Part shown: positions 58,633 to 64,000 of the stretch, piece after piece
Position numbering within the stretch: position 1 is the stretch's first letter
How the letters are laid out: each line of letters starts with the position of its first letter
Source of the DNA: an uncultured Vicinamibacteraceae bacterium
Lineage (GTDB): Bacteria > Acidobacteriota > Vicinamibacteria > Vicinamibacterales > UBA8438
NCBI GenBank assembly: GCA_964342185.1
Contig: CAYFER010000013.1
Coordinates: 4,598 to 68,597, forward strand
Length of the DNA: 64,000 bases
Direction: 5' to 3'
The notes under the pieces: model-generated
What the model saw: only the letters and a program-made list of their open reading frames with translations
Database searches by the model: none
Told to the model about the DNA's origin: nothing
Translations under genes and position numbers: made by a program

Positions 58633-60014
58633 TTTGTACTCCTGACCTCGCAATTAATTTCACCCTGATGGAGTGTCACTGTGACCGAGTCACCTGGTTT
58701 AACGGCAGTAGATTTTCTGATGATCGCCGATTGGTTTTCGGTCCAACATACTGCATAGCCCCGAGAGAGGACCGCGAGTGGGCTGAGAGCTTGTAAGCGG
58801 TTGGCTGCTATGCGGATTCGTCCTCCGAGGTCACCGTGTATTGTACTTGCCGTGGCTGTTAGGCGTGTATCCAGTCTGACCAATTTGGCACGGATGCGAC
58901 CCAATTGGCGTTCGAGAGAAAGAGATTCTAGGCGCAAGCGAAGTACATGTATTTCTCTAAGAGGCAATCCAATTCTTGACCGTGCTGCTGAATGCAAGCG
59001 GTGCGTCAGTTCAGCGATATTTCGTCCATATCCAGCCACTCGAGTTGGCCAGCCTGCAAGACCGGGTCGACTTTCCATGCGATGAAGCGCGCTTCGATGT
59101 TGTTGAATATTGGCAGTAGAGGCATTTCGAAGATGGTCTTTCGCTCGTTGAATCCGTGCGACCACCTCATCTTTTCTTGCAGCGACGAGCTCGGCGGCAG
59201 CCGATGGAGTTGGCGCCCTGAGGTCGGCGACGAAATCGGCAATTGTAAAGTCGGTCTCATGACCGATCCCTGATACTACTGGGATCGAAGTCGCACTGAT
59301 CGCCCGCGCCACGGATTCTTCATTGAAAGCCCAGAGGTCTTCAATCGAGCCGCCACCGCGCGCGATGATTACTACGTCGACCCCTGGAATCTGTGCCAAC
59401 TTTTCAAGTCCTGTTGCGATTTCTTTTGCTGCATTTTTTCCTTGAACGCGGGAGGAGCTTATAACGACGTGTGCATTTGGTTGGCGGCGGGAAAGCACGT
59501 TGAGAATATCCCGAATTGCAGCACCGTCAAGAGATGTGACAACGCCAATTTTCTTTGGAAGGGTAGGCAGCGGTCGCTTCCGGTCCGGATGAAATAACCC
59601 CTCTTGTTCCAAGCGGTCTTTCACTTGTTGGAATGCTAACTGCAAAGTGCCCAGTCCTTGCGGTTCTAGGTGTTGGCAAACAATTTGATACTCACCCTTT
59701 GGCTCGTAGACGCTGAGGCGGCCGCGGACTGTGACTTGTTGACCGTTTTCAGGTTTGAATCTCAAGGACCTCAGTGACGATCGAAACATCACAGCGTTAA
59801 GTTGGGCGCTCTGATCCTTTAAGGTGAAGTAAAGGTGGCCCGTTTTCCACACACGCGCATTTGAGATTTCACCCTCAATCAAGATCTCGGGATATGTCAC
59901 TTCCAGCATTGTGCGGATCACGGCTGTTATTTCGCTCACCGTGAAGATGTGTCCACGGGACTTCGGTTCTGCTATTGGTGATTCGCCAAACGGTAGCTTG
60001 GTTGAGCCAGTCAC
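58629..60014 (-). CDS. xseA: exodeoxyribonuclease VII large subunit
   Basis: 461 aa: N-terminal OB fold (VWKTGHLYFTLKD), catalytic core GVVTSLDGAAIRDI, ARGGGSIEDLWAFNEE. Confidence 0.93.
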   Translation of the reverse strand: MTGSTKLPFGESPIAEPKSRGHIFTVSEITAVIRTMLEVTYPEILIEGEISNARVWKTGHLYFTLKDQSAQLNAVMFRSSLRSLRFKPENGQQVTVRGRLSVYEPKGEYQIVCQHLEPQGLGTLQLAFQQVKDRLEQEGLFHPDRKRPLPTLPKKIGVVTSLDGAAIRDILNVLSRRQPNAHVVISSSRVQGKNAAKEIATGLEKLAQIPGVDVVIIARGGGSIEDLWAFNEESVARAISATSIPVVSGIGHETDFTIADFVADLRAPTPSAAAELVAARKDEVVARIQRAKDHLRNASTANIQQHRSALHRMESRPGLAGWPTRVAGYGRNIAELTHRLHSAARSRIGLPLREIHVLRLRLESLSLERQLGRIRAKLVRLDTRLTATASTIHGDLGGRIRIAANRLQALSPLAVLSRGYAVCWTENQSAIIRKSTAVKPGDSVTVTLHQGEINCEVRSTK

Positions 60015-60838
60015 GGTACCGATACCGATGTAGGAGTGGGTGTCGGAAATGCACTGGCTGCTAGGCTGACCCGCTCTATCTTCGAGGCACGACCATTCGA
60101 GGGATCGCTCGAAATAACGACTGCGTTGAGACGTGGGTTAGTCGAGGCCGTTTCAAATCGTGCCGGTCTTCCGTTTAGAAAACGATCTATTACCGGGCCA
60201 GGTTCAACACCAATTATCGAATCATGTGGCCCCGTCATGCCAACGTCTGTGATGTAGGCGGTACCCTTCGGCAGAATTCGCTCGTCAGCTGTTTGTACGT
60301 GTGTGTGGGTTCCGACTACCGCAGTCACGTCCCCATCGAGATACCAGCCCATCGCTAACTTCTCGGATGTAGCTTCGGCGTGAAAATCAACCAGAACGAC
60401 GCATGCGCGCTCTTGGACAAGGTCTAGTTCTTTTCGTATCACCTTGAACGGATTATCAAGCGGATTCATGAATGCCCGTCCCATAAGGTTTATGACACCG
60501 ATCGATACGCCATCGGTGGTTTGGGTAACATAATGACCCGATCCAGGAGCATCAGGGTAGTTTGCCGGACGAATCAAACGAGGTTCGAGCTCTATATATT
60601 TCAGCGCTTCTTTCTTGTCCCAAATGTGATTGCCTGATGTCATGACGTCGACACCTATGTCTAGGATGGATTCCGCAACCTCGCGGGTGATCCCAAGGCC
60701 TCCCGCAGCATTTTCAACATTGGCAACGACGACATCTATAGAATGCTGTTCAACTAATAGCGGCAGCAAACTCCGTAAGCTTGCACGTCCTGGTTTGCCG
60801 ACAATATCGCCGATGAAGAGAATGTTCATTCCTCTCAT
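60011..60838 (-). CDS. YmdB-like metallophosphoesterase (TIGR00282 type)
   Basis: 275 aa, MNILFIGDIVGKPGR, DFHAEATSEK, GTHTHVQTADERI. ATG 60829 is an alternative start. Confidence 0.88.
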   Translation of the reverse strand: MRGMNILFIGDIVGKPGRASLRSLLPLLVEQHSIDVVVANVENAAGGLGITREVAESILDIGVDVMTSGNHIWDKKEALKYIELEPRLIRPANYPDAPGSGHYVTQTTDGVSIGVINLMGRAFMNPLDNPFKVIRKELDLVQERACVVLVDFHAEATSEKLAMGWYLDGDVTAVVGTHTHVQTADERILPKGTAYITDVGMTGPHDSIIGVEPGPVIDRFLNGRPARFETASTNPRLNAVVISSDPSNGRASKIERVSLAASAFPTPTPTSVSVP

Positions 60839-60880
60839 GATCGCACAGGATTTGGTTCTAAGTGAACTGGTCGTTCATTA

Positions 60881-61816
60881 ATGTTGCCTGATCTCGACCC
60901 ACTTATTCTCGCACGGCTCAGCGCCATCACTAGTGACCGTAGTTCTGGCGCAATGACTTTGGGTCGCAGAGCCATCCGACTTCTGCTCGATGTGAGTCAG
61001 GAGGCTAAGACAGCCTTAGATACTGTCGCGGTTGCTCTTTGCCTGGGACAACCAGCGATGGCGCCAGTGTGGAACGCTGCTGCCGTAGCTGTTGGCTCAG
61101 GTGGTGTCGATCGACTCGAGATTCTTTGCGGGAAAGTTGATCGGGCGCCGCAATCTTTTTCGCGGGTGTTCAGAGAGCTTGTGATGTCTTCGAAGTTGGA
61201 GACGAATGTCGCCGTGCCACTCGTGTTTGCCACCGTGTCGGCGAGTGATTCCGTTCGAATCTGTTTTGAAGCACTTTCGGAACGAACCACGATTCGTACT
61301 ATCTGTGCTGAAGGCCGTCCTCGTCTGGAAGGTCGGCAACTGGCAACGGCTCTTGCTACCGCTGGAATCACCACAACCATCTGTACGGATGCAGCTATTG
61401 GAGAGACTATTGCCGCAAGTTCGCCCCAGGTCGAAGCAGTCGTTATTGGTGCCGATGCAGTAACTCCGCAATGGTTTCTAAATAAGTGTGGTACTCGTCA
61501 ATTACTCGAACTCGCTGTTAGTCTTGGTGTTCCGACTTATGTTGTTGCAAGTCGCGACAAATTCGTATCCGAAGCTTTAGCCGAACACATTCACCCGAAC
61601 TCGGGCCCGTCTGAGGAAATCTGGCAAGACATTCCTAGAGGGGTTTATGTTGAGAATCCCTATTTTGAAAAAATTCCAATAGAACTCGTGGCAACCTTTG
61701 TAACGGATGTTGGTTCCATCGGGCCGGCATCGGCGCAGGATATGTGTCAGTCTCAGGTTGTGTCGACTAGTGCATCGCGACTCGCCAGTCTGATAGAGGA
61801 CTGTAATCCCAAATAA
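60881..61816 (+). CDS. eIF-2B alpha/beta/delta-related family protein (putative sugar-phosphate isomerase)
   Basis: 311 aa, SGAMTLGRRAIRLL, CAEGRPRLEGRQLATALATAGITTTICTDAA, VVIGADAVTPQWFLNKCGT...VPTYVVASRDKF. Confidence 0.6.
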   Translation: MLPDLDPLILARLSAITSDRSSGAMTLGRRAIRLLLDVSQEAKTALDTVAVALCLGQPAMAPVWNAAAVAVGSGGVDRLEILCGKVDRAPQSFSRVFRELVMSSKLETNVAVPLVFATVSASDSVRICFEALSERTTIRTICAEGRPRLEGRQLATALATAGITTTICTDAAIGETIAASSPQVEAVVIGADAVTPQWFLNKCGTRQLLELAVSLGVPTYVVASRDKFVSEALAEHIHPNSGPSEEIWQDIPRGVYVENPYFEKIPIELVATFVTDVGSIGPASAQDMCQSQVVSTSASRLASLIEDCNPK

Positions 61817-61881
61817 ATGGCGAAAGAAGAAGTAGTCGAGTCAATAAGAAACGAAAGAATTGAAGCCAATTTATAGGCCTG

Positions 61882-61918
61882 TAAATATATCTTAGTGTAG
61901 TTAACTAAGATATATTTA
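61882..61918. repeat. 14-bp perfect inverted repeat with 9-nt spacer (candidate operator)
   Basis: TAAATATATCTTAG, spacer tgtagttaa, CTAAGATATATTTA. Every base pair was checked by hand. Confidence 0.9.
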
Positions 61919-61947
61919 TTGACATACGCTAATGTATTAATTATCCT
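61919..61947 (+). promoter_or_regulatory. candidate promoter abutting the inverted repeat
   Basis: TTGACA (61919-61924), 17-nt spacer, TATCCT (61942-61947). Confidence 0.35.
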
Positions 61948-61952
61948 CAATA

Positions 61953-61999
61953 AAAATGGGTCATAAACTTCTAGCTGCCAGAAGCCCATTTTAATTTTT
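61953..61999 (+). terminator. bulged hairpin with T-rich tail (terminator or attenuator-like)
   Basis: AAAATGGG, bulge tcataaa, CTTCT, loop agctgcc, AGAAG, CCCATTTT, then AATTTTT. Confidence 0.35.
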
Positions 62000-62019
62000 A
62001 TGACACAGGTGAACTGCTC

Positions 62020-62292
62020 TTGAGAAATCATGGTTTGGCGAGGAAGGCAGGTCGGGCCTTTGAAGCAGATGCCCGACAGCTTGTGCCAGTCGACGATGAG
62101 ATTGGTGGCACAGTAATTTATCTTGGTGGACGCCCGGCCTACTACGTGCTCAACGACGAGTGGTTTGAAGCAGTTAAAATTGCAGTGGACCCGTCTGTGA
62201 CCGACCTTCTTGGGAGAGCCAAGCCCTTGCCGAATGATGAAAGTGAAAAAAGGAATCTGCAAGGCCTGAACGGAATCGTATCGACTTCATGA
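62020..62292 (+). CDS. hypothetical protein
   Basis: 90-aa ORF with TTG start, normal-looking composition, co-directional with rpoZ. No family recognised. Confidence 0.4.
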   Translation: MRNHGLARKAGRAFEADARQLVPVDDEIGGTVIYLGGRPAYYVLNDEWFEAVKIAVDPSVTDLLGRAKPLPNDESEKRNLQGLNGIVSTS

Positions 62293-62319
62293 AAGACTTT
62301 CGCGTATTCTTAGGTTGTT

Positions 62320-62643
62320 ATGAGTCAAGAAAATGAGGCGCCAGACGAGCAGCCTGCTTCTACCAGTACAGAGACGACAGAGGTTTCGGAACCTCGAGAA
62401 CCCATGCCGCCGGTTGAAAGTCGCTTCATGTTCGTGGACATCGCGGCTCTTCGAGCAAAACAGCTTAGGCGCGGTGCGCAGCCTAAGGTTGAATCTTTGA
62501 ATCACGAAGGTAGTAGAGTGGAATCAGATCAGCCGTCGCAAAAACTTGAACGTATTGCCATGCGCGAGATTGAAGAGGGCCGGATTGGTTACGATCTGCC
62601 AAACTCTGAATCGAAAGCCGAAGACACTACTGCGAAGGGATAG
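62320..62643 (+). CDS. rpoZ: DNA-directed RNA polymerase subunit omega (N-terminal acidic extension)
   Basis: SRFMFVDIAALRAKQLRRGAQPKV and RIAMREIEEGRIGY match the omega core (E. coli NRFDLVLVAARRARQM / IALREIEEGLI). ATG 62404 is an alternative start. Confidence 0.8.
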   Translation: MSQENEAPDEQPASTSTETTEVSEPREPMPPVESRFMFVDIAALRAKQLRRGAQPKVESLNHEGSRVESDQPSQKLERIAMREIEEGRIGYDLPNSESKAEDTTAKG

Positions 62644-62645
62644 TC

Positions 62646-62915
62646 GTGAGTATTTCCGAGATCCAAGCCATTGCTGTTGCTGCCGTTACCGGTCTGCTGT
62701 CGTCAACTGTCTTTCTCTTGGCATTGTTTGTGGGGTTTGTTTTTCTGGCGGGCCTTACTAAGCTTCGGAAGCGAACTAAGGCGTCCATGGTGGTTCGAAA
62801 CCTCACTGAACAGATGGAAGGTGAAACGCATTATCTACCTCCGGACGCACCTCGAGGTCCGGCTGACCAGCTGCGCACTCCAGAGCTATTGGAGCAGACC
62901 GGTCCTAACGCTTGA
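62646..62915 (+). CDS. hypothetical small membrane protein
   Basis: 89 aa, GTG start 2 nt after the rpoZ stop; hydrophobic stretch AIAVAAVTGLLSSTVFLLALFVGFVFLAGL followed by KLRKRTK. Confidence 0.4.
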   Translation: MSISEIQAIAVAAVTGLLSSTVFLLALFVGFVFLAGLTKLRKRTKASMVVRNLTEQMEGETHYLPPDAPRGPADQLRTPELLEQTGPNA

Positions 62916-62973
62916 GATCGATAAAGCAAAAACTTCTTATTGGCTTTATTTGTGGCCGATTATGTCCGGAGGA

Positions 62974-64000
62974 TTAGGACATTTGTTTGAACGGATGTTC
63001 TTGCCACCATGGTGACTCCCGCTCATATACTTCGGCGATTCTAAGCAACGTTACCTCATCGAACGGACGTCCCATTAGTTGTAGTCCAAGCGGTAAACGT
63101 GTCGATGTGAAGCCTGCGGGCACACTGAGGGCTGGGAGCCCTGTCAGGTTAGCGCTCACGGTAAAAATATCGCCCAAGTACATAGCTAACGGATCATTGA
63201 TGTGTTCGCCAATTTGGAACGCTGGCTCAGGGGTTGTGGGCATCGCAATCGCGTCGACGCTTTGAAAGGCTTGCTCATAGTCTGTCTTGATCAAACTTCT
63301 GATACGCTGAGCCTTTAGGTAGTAGGCGTCATAATAGCCTGCACTCAACGCATAAGTTCCTAACATGATTCGGCGTTTTACTTCTGGTCCGAAGCCTTCG
63401 TAGCGTGTCCGTTCGTACATCTTCTGTAGGTCAGCTTGGTCGTGCTTCGATGCCGCTCTAAAGCCGTACCGTACTCCATCGTATCGCGCGAGATTAGAGC
63501 TAGCTTCGGCAGGTGCAACCAGATAGTAAACCGGCACAGCATACTCAATATGCGGTAACTGGATGTCAACGAGAATCCCCCCACGTTGTACAAGCGTCTC
63601 AAGCGCTATATCAAAGGCCTGTCGAACTTCGTCATTAATGCCTTCAAGTACCGGACGAGGCACGCCAATTCGCACGCCAGCAATTTCACCTGGAAAGATC
63701 GACTCGGTATCTGGGACTTCAAGAGATACCGACGTGGCATCAAAAGAATCGTTCCCGGCGATTACCTGAAAAACGGTCGCGGCATCGGCAACTGTTAGTG
63801 TCATGGGACCTATTTGGTCGAGAGATGAAGCAAAAGCCAGGAGGCCGTAACGAGACACTCGTCCATATGTAGGTTTTAATCCCACGACGCCGCAAAATGC
63901 TGCTGGTTGACGGATGGACCCGCCAGTGTCAGATGCCACCGATGCGGGACAGAGACGCGCTGAAACGGCGGCCGCGGAGCCACCGCTGGAGCCGCCGGGC
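62974..64000 (-). CDS. gatA: Asp-tRNA(Asn)/Glu-tRNA(Gln) amidotransferase subunit A (5' part beyond window)
   Basis: Frame stays open to base 64000. Amidase signature [11 protein letters not shown]...[31 protein letters not shown]; GatA-like C-terminus. Confidence 0.9.
   Translation of the reverse strand, partial: PGGSSGGSAAAVSARLCPASVASDTGGSIRQPAAFCGVVGLKPTYGRVSRYGLLAFASSLDQIGPMTLTVADAATVFQVIAGNDSFDATSVSLEVPDTESIFPGEIAGVRIGVPRPVLEGINDEVRQAFDIALETLVQRGGILVDIQLPHIEYAVPVYYLVAPAEASSNLARYDGVRYGFRAASKHDQADLQKMYERTRYEGFGPEVKRRIMLGTYALSAGYYDAYYLKAQRIRSLIKTDYEQAFQSVDAIAMPTTPEPAFQIGEHINDPLAMYLGDIFTVSANLTGLPALSVPAGFTSTRLPLGLQLMGRPFDEVTLLRIAEVYERESPWWQEHPFKQMS

Noticed and set aside
61817-61876. 19-codon mini-ORF MAKEEVVESIRNERIEANL starting directly after the eIF-2B-like TAA (TAAATG).
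   Set aside because: It has no Shine-Dalgarno and sits in purine-rich filler. It is too short to evaluate and is kept only as a note.
61753-62262. 169-aa minus-strand ORF spanning the AT-rich spacer.
   Set aside because: It overlaps the 3' end of the eIF-2B-like gene and the plus-strand 90-aa ORF. The translation is Ile/Phe/Lys/Tyr-rich, as expected from AT-rich non-coding DNA, and shows no motifs.
62921-62949. ATAAAGCAA / TTgGCTTTAT hairpin between the small membrane ORF and gatA.
   Set aside because: The stem is A/T-rich and bulged, and there is no clear U-tract. Confidence is too low.
1-64000. Search for CRISPR arrays, transposase or integrase genes, phage genes, toxin-antitoxin pairs and known defence-system signatures.
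   Set aside because: No regularly spaced direct repeats, no recombinase-like ORFs and no recognisable defence domains were seen. Apart from 61.8-62.0 kb, no obvious compositional island is visible by eye.

Overview
Bacterial chromosomal window on both strands, almost entirely housekeeping. I count about 72 protein genes. By eye I found no rRNA, tRNA, CRISPR array, transposase or integrase. GC looks roughly balanced (not computed).

Layout:
- 1-11.3 kb (+): distal S10, spc and alpha ribosomal-protein operons, rplP to rplQ, including secY, adk and map. rpmJ at 8081-8194 is missing from the ORF track. infA is absent from its usual slot.
- 11.3-17.4 kb (-): membrane-fusion protein plus two MacB/FtsX-type permeases with no ATPase gene, followed on the same strand by an EF-G2-type paralog.
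- 17.7-22.3 kb (+): pyruvoyl arginine decarboxylase, outer-membrane beta-barrel, type IV pilin-like protein, VKOR-DsbA fusion, prepilin peptidase.
- 22.4-35.4 kb: aroB, nadB, archaeal-type proS, OmpA-family protein, tatA, tatC, S41 peptidase, smc.
- 35.5-45.7 kb (-): the conserved rimP-nusA-infB-DUF503-rbfA-DHH-truB-rpsO-pnp block.
- 45.8-64 kb: asnS; a CYTH / nucleotidyltransferase / kinase trio; an NDUFAF7-like methyltransferase; HtrA; an M24 peptidase; two orphan small proteins; a VOC protein; the ymdB-xseA-xseB-ispA-tlyA-nadK block; an eIF-2B-family protein; an AT-rich regulatory-looking spacer; a hypothetical ORF; rpoZ; a small membrane protein; and a 5'-truncated gatA.

I did not find a convincing novel multi-gene system. 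The most checkable oddities are:
- a perfect intrinsic terminator inside the longest rimP ORF, which may be a leader attenuator;
- the AT-rich spacer at 61.8-62.0 kb, with a 14-bp perfect inverted repeat abutting a TTGACA box and a bulged hairpin;
- the compact pilin / VKOR-DsbA / prepilin peptidase module;
- the decarboxylase and outer-membrane barrel pair;
- the EF-G2 paralog with degenerate G motifs downstream of an ATPase-less efflux set;
- the overlapping CYTH / NTP-transferase / kinase trio.

The source taxon cannot be determined from the sequence alone. The orphan FtsX permeases, EF-G2 and pilin style are compatible with an Acidobacteriota-like lineage, at low confidence.
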